The translations under genes and the position numbers were made by a program. DNA of 64,000 nucleotides, from IMG/VR virus record IMGVR_UViG_3300045974_000102, positions 32,001 through 96,000 of that record; one strand, written 5' to 3'. The notes below the pieces were generated by a model. It searched no databases, was not told where the DNA came from, and saw only the letters and a program-made list of their open reading frames with translations. Shown piece by piece: positions 27,930-37,234 of the stretch. How positions within the stretch are numbered: the stretch's first letter is position 1; each line of letters starts with the position of its first letter. This DNA is from a virus.

Positions 27930-29261
27930 TTATCTCCTAACGTCCTGCTTAACACTGTTCATAACTTCTGTAGCAGTTAACTCTTTGTTGAAGCTAGGCG
28001 TGCCACTGAATGTTCCATTAACAAAGCTTTCTGTAATGCTATTAAGTGATGAGATAGATACAAATTTTTCATTGCCATTATATCTAACCATTGGAAGTAT
28101 ATCTGATGCGACATAAGATACTTTGTTTGTAATGTTAGGCATTGCCATACCTTGATACTGGTTCTCATCTATTATCTGCACATTCTTAAGCATAAACTTG
28201 CTGAAGATACCACGCTCATTGCAACCCATAACTAATATATGGAATGGTGCTAAGGAGTCTAATAGTTGCACTTCATACATGCCTTGTATTTTCCTAAAAA
28301 TATCTGAGCGCTGGTAAGCATCAGATTCATATGCAAATCGTTCACGCTTTCTTGTCCAGTCTTGTGAAGAGGATTGTGTTTGCGGTTGGAAGTTATCAAA
28401 CTTAGAGCTTATAGTCTCTAGCTCTCTTGTTATTCTTGAGCGAAGTCTTCCAAGAATATCCTCAGTAAAAATAGCAAACGCAATTGATCCGGCAATTGTT
28501 CTAAGGCCTGATGTATATTTAACTGGGTTAGACTGCCCAAGCTGCCTTACTGGATATCTTTCTCTTATGGTCGAGTAGGAGATTGACATAACATTATCCA
28601 TCTCAAACATAATAAGCTCTTTTTGCTGAGCTGCTTCTGGAACATCATTCATAAGGTCTGCTATAGATGGGACCTCTGATATGTAGAAACATACTAGGTC
28701 AGCACCGCCTATTGTATTCTGTAGTATACTATTGTTATCTGCGTTGCCTGATTTCCAGACTTCTTTATAAGGATTTACTACATCACCTGTAAAGGTCTGT
28801 TTGGTGTATTTAGAACTGCCATCCGAAGCATTAGATACTTTTAGAGATGCTGTTTGTGGTGGGTATGATGCTGTGGTTTTAGCTAAATCCAAAAGATAGT
28901 TAGCTGAAGCATTTTGTTCTAATTGTGTTTTTGTTGTGCCTATAGGTGTCTGAGAAGTCATTATACCATCTGGCCCAACAACAAGAGTTCCTATATTCTT
29001 TATCTCTCTTTCATCTCTGGCGCACAACAAAGCACTTACTATTGTATTATTAAACTCATAAGTGTTAAGGGCAGATTTAGGATTTTCTTGTCTATAATCA
29101 TTCGTAGCCTTGGCTACAATTTCTTTGGCACCGTCTGGATACTGTTGGTCAACAAGCACAGAAGGCACAGTAACCTTCATGTCAGGATTTACAGCGCTAG
29201 TAACAACTAGAGCATCCTGTCCAAGGATGTCAAATGTGATATTGCTAGAATTTATTCCCAT
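27930..29261 (-). CDS. Tail-tube-fold protein / tube initiator (443 aa)
   Basis: ISYSTIRERYPVRQLG...GLRTIAGSIAF, LDSLAPFHILVMGCNERG and YVASDILPM parallel the tube protein. Confidence 0.65.
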   Translation of the reverse strand: MGINSSNITFDILGQDALVVTSAVNPDMKVTVPSVLVDQQYPDGAKEIVAKATNDYRQENPKSALNTYEFNNTIVSALLCARDEREIKNIGTLVVGPDGIMTSQTPIGTTKTQLEQNASANYLLDLAKTTASYPPQTASLKVSNASDGSSKYTKQTFTGDVVNPYKEVWKSGNADNNSILQNTIGGADLVCFYISEVPSIADLMNDVPEAAQQKELIMFEMDNVMSISYSTIRERYPVRQLGQSNPVKYTSGLRTIAGSIAFAIFTEDILGRLRSRITRELETISSKFDNFQPQTQSSSQDWTRKRERFAYESDAYQRSDIFRKIQGMYEVQLLDSLAPFHILVMGCNERGIFSKFMLKNVQIIDENQYQGMAMPNITNKVSYVASDILPMVRYNGNEKFVSISSLNSITESFVNGTFSGTPSFNKELTATEVMNSVKQDVRR

Positions 29262-29283
29262 GCTGCACCTCGTAAATTTTTAT

Positions 29284-29323
29284 AAAAAAGGCCCGAAAGC
29301 CATATGGATGACAAGTCGGGCCT
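29284..29323 (-). terminator. Rho-independent terminator after the tail tube gene
   Basis: Minus strand AGGCCCGA...TCGGGCCT followed by a T run; inner GTCAT/ATGGC pairing. Confidence 0.8.
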
Positions 29324-29348
29324 CAGTTTTCTGCCTTCAATAAAGAGT

Positions 29349-29993
29349 TTATTGATCTAGGCGTCTCATTGGAGACATCGAGTTGGCAATGAAAGTATAT
29401 TTCTTTTCAATATTAAGTTCATCAATAGAGATAGCAACACCTTCATTAATAACTGTGCATCCAAAGATACGGAACGCCATCTTGTCGCCCTGTTCGTTTA
29501 CACCAACAACAGTGATATTGAACGGTGGGATTTGGTCAGCATAGAATGGGTCTACTTCTGTCCAAAGATCTGACTTAGCAAGAGCTCCTCCTGCTGGCAC
29601 GTTAACTGTTGCACCGGCAGAAGTAGTAGCAGGATTCAGTGCAAGATTTTTGTCTGAATAGCCCTTTGCTTGTAGATCAGACTCATCTTGTCTAATCCAC
29701 ACTTTAGGTGCAGATGAGCTCTGGCTAAAGATTTTGCTTACATAAGAAATAAGCGCATCATAGCCAAGTTGCGCAAGGATGAAAGAACCACCGATGCCAC
29801 GCTTTCCTTTAGGGATTGCGATTGGGCTTTTACGTCCCATGACGTAAAGTGGACCTGATTCTCTATTTACTCCAACTGTAAACGACATGCATTCGCCAAC
29901 GTATTCGTCGCCAAAAATTACAACCGTATCAGCTCCAGAGAAAACAGAGGCAAGGCCTGTCTTGTTTGAGTTGAACATATCACCAGTACTCAT
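29349..29993 (-). CDS. Tail tube protein (214 aa)
   Basis: Immediately follows the sheath; FSGAD, RESGPLYVMG...KGKRGIGGS, YADQIPPFNIT, YTFIA; GGAGG RBS; followed by a terminator. Confidence 0.85.
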   Translation of the reverse strand: MSTGDMFNSNKTGLASVFSGADTVVIFGDEYVGECMSFTVGVNRESGPLYVMGRKSPIAIPKGKRGIGGSFILAQLGYDALISYVSKIFSQSSSAPKVWIRQDESDLQAKGYSDKNLALNPATTSAGATVNVPAGGALAKSDLWTEVDPFYADQIPPFNITVVGVNEQGDKMAFRIFGCTVINEGVAISIDELNIEKKYTFIANSMSPMRRLDQ

Positions 29994-30017
29994 AATTGTC
30001 TAAACCTCCGTAATGAT

Positions 30018-30040
30018 GGGGCAGGCTATTAACCTGCCCC
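30018..30040 (-). other. GC-rich hairpin between sheath and tube genes
   Basis: GGGGCAGGTT-AAT-AGCCTGCCCC on the minus strand; no downstream U tract on the coding strand. Confidence 0.6.
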
Positions 30041-30049
30041 TTTATTCTA

Positions 30050-32386
30050 TTAGGCCCCAGCGGTCACATTTCTGTCGATTACAGCCTCAATGTCTACTTG
30101 TGTCAATTCTTCCGGTGGGTTAAGCGATGTTTTTAGGAAGAACTTACCAATAGCTTTTTGAGATTCGATAATCTGCAGATCGAATGTGTAGCCGTTTAGA
30201 AGGCCTTTATTTACATCAAGGCCGAAGCTTTCAGCTAGTTTTGTTTTAGCAGCTTCGTAGTAGTATCTGTTAACAGCCTTACCAATGAAGCCAGCGAGAA
30301 GAGCGCGTTTGCCCTCGATTACAGTCTTGATAATTCTTGTAGTAGAGATTAGGTAGTAAGCTGACTGATCTCTTGCTACAGAGTTACCATTGTTAATTAC
30401 CCAGCCAAGACCGTGCTCACGAGTAACTACAATGTAGCCCTTAGCTGCTAGGTCCGAATACCACTTGCGATTGACAATAACGCTAACAGTAACATTAGAA
30501 TTAACACCAATCTTGCTGAATGAGATACCTTCATTCTTAGGCTTGCCAGCTAGCATACCAAGAGCATAAATACCACATGCATCAATGTATGATTTACCAG
30601 AAGCTCTATTAGTGAAGGTAAGTAGACCAGCACCAACAAGAAGGAATTTGCCAAGGTCTACAGTATTATTGTAGGTATCATAGATGACATCGCCATCAAT
30701 GAAGCCTTGGTCAGTCATTAGAAGTCCCCATGCAGGATCAGAGTAAGAGCCATTTATTGGATCACTCATACCACAGCGGTTGAATGCTGTAGAGCCAGAC
30801 AGTGAAGGTTCACCAAGTAATCCTGTTCCATCGCTTGCAAGAGATAGAATTGTATTGTCAAGTCCTGCCACATACACAGGTGTAGGAGCTTTACCAATCC
30901 AGTTTACAATGCCTGATCTTGTGAACCCAGCTGCTGTAACTGTGTCGATATCTGCATTCATGCCACAAAGTGGAGTGTTATAACCAATTGTTGCTTGATT
31001 GCAGAAGTTAGCGAACATATAGCCAAAGTGTGCAAGATAGTATCCTGGCAGTTTGACATCAGACCATGCACTGAATTCAATATGGTCACCCATATCATAT
31101 TCTTTGATGTATCCAAGGCCAAGTTGGAATGGCTGTGTGCCGGTAAATGTAGTCGAGACAGTTGTCCCGATGAAAGCACCACCAATAACTTTAGTAGCCA
31201 CTACAGCGGCACCAGAAGTAAATGGTGCACCAGATGCCATGTAGTATGAGAATGGCACGCCTACTGAACTATTTAGCGGACTAACAATATTAACTACATT
31301 GCCAGTTGCATCAACTGCTTTATACTTGATGGTATAGCCAGAGACTGATAGATAGCCTTCTGCCTTGATATCCGCCTGTGTAAAGCCGCCAGATGCAGTA
31401 AGTGTAAGCTGAGTAATACCAGAGGCACTGATAGGAGTTGTGAATACTGGCTTCTTAACGGTAAGTTGATAATCAGCAACTTGGTATACAGTCTTAGAAG
31501 TATAAGAGTGCACGTCGTTACCAGCAGTTGTCATTATAGAGACTGTGCCTGCAGCGGGCCAATCATCAGCAGCGTCTACGTTAAGTATAGAGGCTGATGT
31601 GGTATCACTTACAAGTGTAGTTGCTCTTGTGGTATTGCCAGTATAGCTATATGTTTCGTTATAAGCGACACCAGCCGGAATGATATAGTCAGGTGTATAT
31701 TGTTCAAGATCTGCTAGAGCATTACGGAAATACTTGTAATAGGCTCTATAGTCTGCCGATGATGGTGTTGAGCCGACTGCACATTCACTATCAGAAGCAG
31801 TTACAGATAGACCGAATGCGCTCTGTGAGTATGCTGTTAGTGTTGTTAGTGTTGTTGCAAGTGGATCACTATCAAGATCTATACCGGTGATTGTGCCAGT
31901 GCCAGCTAGTGTTGCAGTTACAGTGAAGTAACCACCATCTATACCTCTTAGTGAGTCGTAAACTTTCTGCTTGTTCTTATCCCAGATTTTAACGCCTCTG
32001 GTTTGAGTAACAAGGCTATCGTTTACACAAATAGTATAGTCATTACCAAGACCAGTGTATGCATCTTTTGAAGTAATATCAATACCATTAGTTGTTTTTA
32101 CGTGGAATGGAATGCCACCAATTCTCTTGGCAACAAATTTCAATGGAATAGTACGACCAGCGTCAGTGTAGCCATCCCAGAATTCAAATAGAGCTTTTGT
32201 GATTGGGCTGTTAGTGCCGTAAAGGCCAATAGCAACATCTGGATTCGCAAGAGTTACAACATCAAGCGGTCCTTTGATAGCTGGGCCAATAAAAATCGCA
32301 AGCTCACCATCTGTATCTCTACGAGTGATGTCATCACCCAAAAATACAGATACGCCTGATAAGTAACGAGGTGCAACTTTAAACAT
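30050..32386 (-). CDS. Tail sheath protein (778 aa)
   Basis: IFIGPAIKGP N-terminus; C-terminal ISTTRII...FIGK...LNPPEELTQVDI typical of sheath domains; large Ser/Thr-rich central insertion. Confidence 0.85.
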   Translation of the reverse strand: MFKVAPRYLSGVSVFLGDDITRRDTDGELAIFIGPAIKGPLDVVTLANPDVAIGLYGTNSPITKALFEFWDGYTDAGRTIPLKFVAKRIGGIPFHVKTTNGIDITSKDAYTGLGNDYTICVNDSLVTQTRGVKIWDKNKQKVYDSLRGIDGGYFTVTATLAGTGTITGIDLDSDPLATTLTTLTAYSQSAFGLSVTASDSECAVGSTPSSADYRAYYKYFRNALADLEQYTPDYIIPAGVAYNETYSYTGNTTRATTLVSDTTSASILNVDAADDWPAAGTVSIMTTAGNDVHSYTSKTVYQVADYQLTVKKPVFTTPISASGITQLTLTASGGFTQADIKAEGYLSVSGYTIKYKAVDATGNVVNIVSPLNSSVGVPFSYYMASGAPFTSGAAVVATKVIGGAFIGTTVSTTFTGTQPFQLGLGYIKEYDMGDHIEFSAWSDVKLPGYYLAHFGYMFANFCNQATIGYNTPLCGMNADIDTVTAAGFTRSGIVNWIGKAPTPVYVAGLDNTILSLASDGTGLLGEPSLSGSTAFNRCGMSDPINGSYSDPAWGLLMTDQGFIDGDVIYDTYNNTVDLGKFLLVGAGLLTFTNRASGKSYIDACGIYALGMLAGKPKNEGISFSKIGVNSNVTVSVIVNRKWYSDLAAKGYIVVTREHGLGWVINNGNSVARDQSAYYLISTTRIIKTVIEGKRALLAGFIGKAVNRYYYEAAKTKLAESFGLDVNKGLLNGYTFDLQIIESQKAIGKFFLKTSLNPPEELTQVDIEAVIDRNVTAGA

Positions 32387-32412
32387 GTATCTGTCCTCCG
32401 TTAAGTAAAATC

Positions 32413-33123
32413 CTAACTTATTCCAGCTTGAATAACAATTTGCTCAAGCTTCTTTTCTTTCGTCTCTCTAATCTCCGAGAATCTTATGAGGTACTTCTCA
32501 GACTTCATTTTCATAAAAGTCTTATTGTCCCACATATCGCTTTCGTGGCTGCCCATCCAAACTATTTCACGGAGCCCTTTGTGCTTAAAATACCAAATAC
32601 TGTCATTTATAATTTCCCTAAGCAACCTGGATCTCTTTCTTATATCGAAAAAATCTATTCCCCACACTTTGAAATCAATTATAGCCTCTATGTCTTTTGC
32701 GAATCTAATAATCGAGTATCCGGTGTAGTTAGGGTCATCATAAATGCCTACGGGTCTGAACTTCAAACTTCTTATTCCATCTTCGCCCATCCGATGTGCT
32801 GACACTACGGCTGGGGTTTCTGATGCAGAGTAGGTGACTATCCTTAAGTCTCTAAGTGTTGTGTCATCTATCTCTACTTCACTTGACTGATTATTTAATT
32901 TTACTACAAGCTCTCTTGGAATGTCTTCAACAATGATAAGTTTATCTGTATCTGGTATGCTGAAAGTTTTATTCCAATTATCATGAGCCTCTTGCAGAAC
33001 TCTGAGAAACTCATTTACAGAAGTTACAATTCCTTCATTCTCTGGCTGTGGACTAAGATTTGCAATGCCAGGGGTTGATTCGTATATTTCTGCAAAAATT
33101 TTCTTAGCAAGAACTCTGCTCAT
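32413..33123 (-). CDS. Putative tail terminator / neck protein (236 aa)
   Basis: Directly upstream of the sheath; IIDFKVWG...YLIRFSE pattern like tail-completion proteins. Confidence 0.55.
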   Translation of the reverse strand: MSRVLAKKIFAEIYESTPGIANLSPQPENEGIVTSVNEFLRVLQEAHDNWNKTFSIPDTDKLIIVEDIPRELVVKLNNQSSEVEIDDTTLRDLRIVTYSASETPAVVSAHRMGEDGIRSLKFRPVGIYDDPNYTGYSIIRFAKDIEAIIDFKVWGIDFFDIRKRSRLLREIINDSIWYFKHKGLREIVWMGSHESDMWDNKTFMKMKSEKYLIRFSEIRETKEKKLEQIVIQAGIS

Positions 33124-33143
33124 ATAAACCTCAATGTTATGTG

Positions 33144-33153
33144 TGTTAATAAC
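33144..33153 (-). promoter_or_regulatory. Candidate promoter motif GTTATTAACA
   Basis: Intergenic; TAGTTATTAACA is identical to the copy at 4510-4521. Confidence 0.45.
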
Positions 33154-33157
33154 TAAG

Positions 33158-33622
33158 TTATTCTGCTACCAGTGGTTTTAGGTAAATCTTCATGAACTGA
33201 CGATTACTTCCGTCTGCACGCATATCATACGAGTCAGTAACTAGCCATTTTTTATATCTTCTAATAGGATTATATAAGGTTCCATCTTCCTTTACTTTTA
33301 ATGTAAAGAAGTAGTCATTTAGGGTCACTTGTTCGTTTATCGGACTAATAGGTAAATATACAGAAACTATATTGCTATATGATGCGCCATAGAAGAAATC
33401 TTGATCATGAGCAACCATTCTGGGTGTATAAAATGACATGCTCTTCACTAAGTATTCATTAAAGATCCATTTAGCCCCTTGGCAGTTTGGACATTCTGGA
33501 TCTGCCGTACCAGACTCTTTGCGCACACAGTTGCATTGCTGGTCTGTTAAGTGTCTGAAAATAAGCCACATCCAGTGTTCTTTGCCAACAAGCTTTTTCA
33601 TTTCTTCTTGTAAGTTTATCAT
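33158..33622 (-). CDS. Putative head-closure/neck protein with Zn-binding motif (154 aa)
   Basis: CNC...CPNCQG motif; position in the head-tail joining region. Confidence 0.6.
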   Translation of the reverse strand: MINLQEEMKKLVGKEHWMWLIFRHLTDQQCNCVRKESGTADPECPNCQGAKWIFNEYLVKSMSFYTPRMVAHDQDFFYGASYSNIVSVYLPISPINEQVTLNDYFFTLKVKEDGTLYNPIRRYKKWLVTDSYDMRADGSNRQFMKIYLKPLVAE

Positions 33623-34989
33623 TTAATCTTACCCCAAATATTATCTGAAGCATCAAGATTATCAAGTGCAATACGACTTGGATATCTATAAACAATTGTT
33701 CTTTGTCCACGTGCTTCTACAGTATTGCCATTTGCATCCTGGTAAACAAAAGACTTAGATGAAGCATTAACAAATGGCCACGGGTCATTAGTGTCTAGAT
33801 TAGCTCTTGCGAGATTAGGTCTATTAGGATCGTGGATGCCTTTAATAAATGTATGTGCAGCATAAGGAGTGTCTTTGCCGCCTGCATATATCATCTTTGA
33901 AATTTTATCAATTACATCACTAAGGAAAGACATCAGAGCTTTAGCGTCTGTTGTCTTTGATATCCTAAATGTGTCTAACGACTTATCCTCATTGGTAACT
34001 GAGGTTAAAGAGCCTAGCATTTCATATGCCGTATAATATTTAGTAAAGTCTGCTACTGCACAATCAAACCTGTCTCTATAATAGACATACTTAGAGTCTG
34101 GCTTCATATGCACATCTACATACTTAGAAGTGCCAAAGATAGTTCTTGCTATAGAGAATACATCACAGTTGCTAAAATTCTCTGCTGAAAGGTCGGTGAT
34201 ATCTTTTACTGTGCAATAGAATGGATATAGCTTAGTTGTGAATGCTATGGTAGTCGGATCAATAGTAGTGCCATCTTCTGCTGATATACCATCTAGGACA
34301 CTTACATAAATTTCTGAGTTATCCTTTACTGGACTAGTGATTGTTCTCTTTACTCTAAATCCAAATTCTACAAAGCTTGTATCAGGGAATATCCATTTAT
34401 CAAATAATTGGAATATAGATGTATCAGCTTCTGCTTCTCTCATTATATTGTATTTCTTACTTAGCGAAACTGGCACTCTATAGAGCACAGAATAAAGTGG
34501 CGTAGTCCCTAGTCTGTTCGCTGTAAGAGTCGCCATGACATTAAAGTAAGGATCTAATACCTTAACTGGCATTGTGCTGCCAATAAAGCTTAATGCTGCT
34601 GGATCAACTTCTAAAGTAAGCTCTACATATGAGCCAAGTTCATATTCATAGCCTTCTGCAGACTCTGTAATCCTATAAGCGTCTATACTAGGTTCTACAT
34701 ATATATCTGGATCTATAGGTGGTCTAGGAGGAATAACGTAGCCAGCAGAACTCTCAGTCCCATCTATAGCTCTTGACTTAAGTTTATGATACTTAAGCGG
34801 ATCTGCTAGTGTAGAGGTCCAGGTATACATACTTGTTGGAATATCATATGCAAGTGTAGATAGAATGTGTGAGTCTACAGGCGTATTAGGCCAAATTAAG
34901 CCGTCTAAGCTTTGATACCAGTCAATAAAATATGGCACCGACTCTTGAGCTGTTGGAGGAGTAATTTGGAAAATTAATGTTTCTGACAT
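33619..34989 (-). CDS. Putative head-tail adaptor (456 aa)
   Basis: N-terminal beta/Ig-like part, then FTTKLYPFYCTV and a helical gp15/gp6-like part with KSLDTFRIS. Confidence 0.5.
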   Translation of the reverse strand: MSETLIFQITPPTAQESVPYFIDWYQSLDGLIWPNTPVDSHILSTLAYDIPTSMYTWTSTLADPLKYHKLKSRAIDGTESSAGYVIPPRPPIDPDIYVEPSIDAYRITESAEGYEYELGSYVELTLEVDPAALSFIGSTMPVKVLDPYFNVMATLTANRLGTTPLYSVLYRVPVSLSKKYNIMREAEADTSIFQLFDKWIFPDTSFVEFGFRVKRTITSPVKDNSEIYVSVLDGISAEDGTTIDPTTIAFTTKLYPFYCTVKDITDLSAENFSNCDVFSIARTIFGTSKYVDVHMKPDSKYVYYRDRFDCAVADFTKYYTAYEMLGSLTSVTNEDKSLDTFRISKTTDAKALMSFLSDVIDKISKMIYAGGKDTPYAAHTFIKGIHDPNRPNLARANLDTNDPWPFVNASSKSFVYQDANGNTVEARGQRTIVYRYPSRIALDNLDASDNIWGKIK

Positions 34990-35001
34990 AAGTATTATCC
35001 T

Positions 35002-35361
35002 CTACTGCTTATAATGCGCAGCTATACTACCTTGATATGAACTACTCTGTGACGATTTATTATAATGTGTGCTTATATTGCCTTTATATGAACTTTTTGG
35101 TCCGCCATTATAATGTGCTGCTATGCTACCTTGATACGAATTGCTTCCTGCTATGCTACCCAAATGTGTATGTATCGACCCACTAGATAAGTGAATATAT
35201 ATATCAGCATAAAAAGCTGAACCAAAGTCTGGCAGTTTATACTGCGTATGCGAAGCTAATATATTACTAGGTTTTAGGCTAGCAGTAAATGCTGGTAGTC
35301 CAAGCGTTATTAAGTTTGATACGCTTGTTCCTAAACCTTGTGTAAAAAATGCAGTAAGCAT
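35002..35361 (-). CDS. Hypothetical protein with SY(Q/K)G(S/N)IxxHY repeats (119 aa)
   Basis: Three copies of the repeat in the C-terminal half; coupled to the upstream gene. Confidence 0.6.
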   Translation of the reverse strand: MLTAFFTQGLGTSVSNLITLGLPAFTASLKPSNILASHTQYKLPDFGSAFYADIYIHLSSGSIHTHLGSIAGSNSYQGSIAAHYNGGPKSSYKGNISTHYNKSSQSSSYQGSIAAHYKQ

Positions 35362-35999
35362 TATGTTGCTCTTGTAATCGAAGTTGGAGCTACACCATTA
35401 TCTAGTGAGAATGTCATTGATACATTGCCGTTATCAAGACGTTTGGTTGAAATAATAGTTTCTCCAGTCTTAGCCTTTTCAGATAACATGCCCCATATCA
35501 TAAAAAGCAATTGAGATAGTGTAGGACTATCTCCCTTGATAGCATAAGCTTCTGATAATACAGATGTCGCTGTTACTCTTGTGCTGATAGGCGCGTCTAG
35601 ATTGTTAAGTCTTATGTCATTAGTTAAGAGCGGGTTGCTTGGTATAGCTGCAACAATAGTATTCTTAGCTGCTGTTACATCTGCTAATGTAGCCATTCCT
35701 GAAACTGCTAGTGCTTTAGCTAATACTGGTGAATCTGATACTCCTAATAATTCTGTAGAAGCATAGTATTCAATGATATAGTCTCCAACTGGTAAGTCGA
35801 CTGATTCGCAGTATAGGGACTCGTATGTATCTGTAGTAGCATATTCTTTAAGATATTTGATAGTCGTGCCATCATCCGTTGCTTGGAATAAGCCTGACGA
35901 AAATATTAAGAGATAGCCATCGCTAGGTCTTCTAACTCTTATTTTTACATAAGAGTTGCCTTTAGTTTTAAGATATGGCACTGATACAGTAGTTAACAC
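35361..35999 (-). CDS. Hypothetical structural protein (212 aa)
   Basis: GTG start with AAGGAG RBS; RLNNLDAPISTR motif seen in phage fibre-associated proteins. Confidence 0.55.
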   Translation of the reverse strand: MLTTVSVPYLKTKGNSYVKIRVRRPSDGYLLIFSSGLFQATDDGTTIKYLKEYATTDTYESLYCESVDLPVGDYIIEYYASTELLGVSDSPVLAKALAVSGMATLADVTAAKNTIVAAIPSNPLLTNDIRLNNLDAPISTRVTATSVLSEAYAIKGDSPTLSQLLFMIWGMLSEKAKTGETIISTKRLDNGNVSMTFSLDNGVAPTSITRAT

Positions 36000-36010
36000 T
36001 GGCTATCTCC

Positions 36011-37234
36011 TTAAATGTTTATGATGCCTGGAGGTCTATTATCTTTAAGGGCAACTAAGTTAGCTTTAACCCAGCATACTTGCTCTTGGTTCTTCTCTGT
36101 TGTATAAATACGGTCTGCCATAAATCTTACTGGTATATCTATATAACGTGCCCAATTATAGTGAGTATAATATAAGAAGCTATTCTCGTTCCAATATGAG
36201 ACATGTGTTGGGTCCTGAAATGCTCCACGTCCGTCTGTAGATGGCACTTGAATGAAAGCATAGCCTCCTGGTGCTAATACTCTGTAGAGTTCTTTCATTG
36301 TATGTAGTGGATCGGCAAGATGTTCAAATACATCAAAGGCCCTAACGGCTCCAACTGAGTTATCTGCAAAAGGCCAAATGCCATTAAGATCGGCAATAAT
36401 ATCGGCGTCTTTAAGATCTACAGACAAATAGCCTGGTGCTGTATCAAATCTACCACCTAAATCAACTGTTAATAAGCCCTCTCTGTTTGCCCAGGCCTTA
36501 ACCATATCTTCTATGTAAAGATCATACAATCTCCAGCAGTTAGCTTGTATCTCGTCTGAATACTTAATCCAGGTGTTTTCTCCAGTAATTCTATAAGCAT
36601 ATAAGAACTCATGAATAGCATGGAACTTAGTTATCATATAAGTACGAGCCATTAAGTCCTGGTCATCAAGCACTCTCATGTCTATGCTGTGTCCACCTGC
36701 TTGCCAGTATATATCTTTACGCCATGCTCTTAAATGGTCAGGTGCAGTCCATATCTTTGAGATAGCTGTAGGTGAAGGATCTGGTGTTCTGTGAACTCTA
36801 AAGTTTCCAGTAATATAGTTAGACCAGCCCCAGGCAGGATTAAAGGCTTCAGCGGGCGTATAGACGCCATTAGTATCAACAAATCTACCATCGTCTGAGT
36901 AAACAAAACCTACCTCTGGGTCCTCAAAGGCTTCTCTTATCTTGTCAATAGCTCCAGGCATTAGCATGTCGTCGTGGTCAAGTTCAACAAGGATATCACC
37001 TGTGCACTTAGAACAAGCAGCTCTCTTAAGAGCTCCAACATATAATGCTTCATCATAGCCCCAAAATACTTTTATTCTAGTGTCTGTCTGTATACCTAGT
37101 AGACCTGAGTTGCTATATGGTATATCTGTGCCACTTACAACTATAACCCATTCATCAAAGGATTGGTCTTTAATGCTGTCGTAGAGTTCAGGAAGCCACT
37201 TAGTATTATGTGTAGGAGTAAAGATACTTATCAT
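36011..37234 (-). CDS. Glycosyltransferase family 2 fused to a class I SAM-dependent methyltransferase-like domain
   Basis: ISIFTPTHN, ELDHDD (DxD), DDQDLMAR; then VDLGG, PFADNSV, FEHLADP, RVLAPGG, DPTHVSYW. Start moved to the ATGA overlap at 37234. Confidence 0.9.
   Translation of the reverse strand: MISIFTPTHNTKWLPELYDSIKDQSFDEWVIVVSGTDIPYSNSGLLGIQTDTRIKVFWGYDEALYVGALKRAACSKCTGDILVELDHDDMLMPGAIDKIREAFEDPEVGFVYSDDGRFVDTNGVYTPAEAFNPAWGWSNYITGNFRVHRTPDPSPTAISKIWTAPDHLRAWRKDIYWQAGGHSIDMRVLDDQDLMARTYMITKFHAIHEFLYAYRITGENTWIKYSDEIQANCWRLYDLYIEDMVKAWANREGLLTVDLGGRFDTAPGYLSVDLKDADIIADLNGIWPFADNSVGAVRAFDVFEHLADPLHTMKELYRVLAPGGYAFIQVPSTDGRGAFQDPTHVSYWNENSFLYYTHYNWARYIDIPVRFMADRIYTTEKNQEQVCWVKANLVALKDNRPPGIINI

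Noticed and set aside
2881-32386. Bacterial contractile injection system or tailocin rather than a phage
   Set aside because: Terminase, portal, protease and major capsid genes are in the same gene cluster
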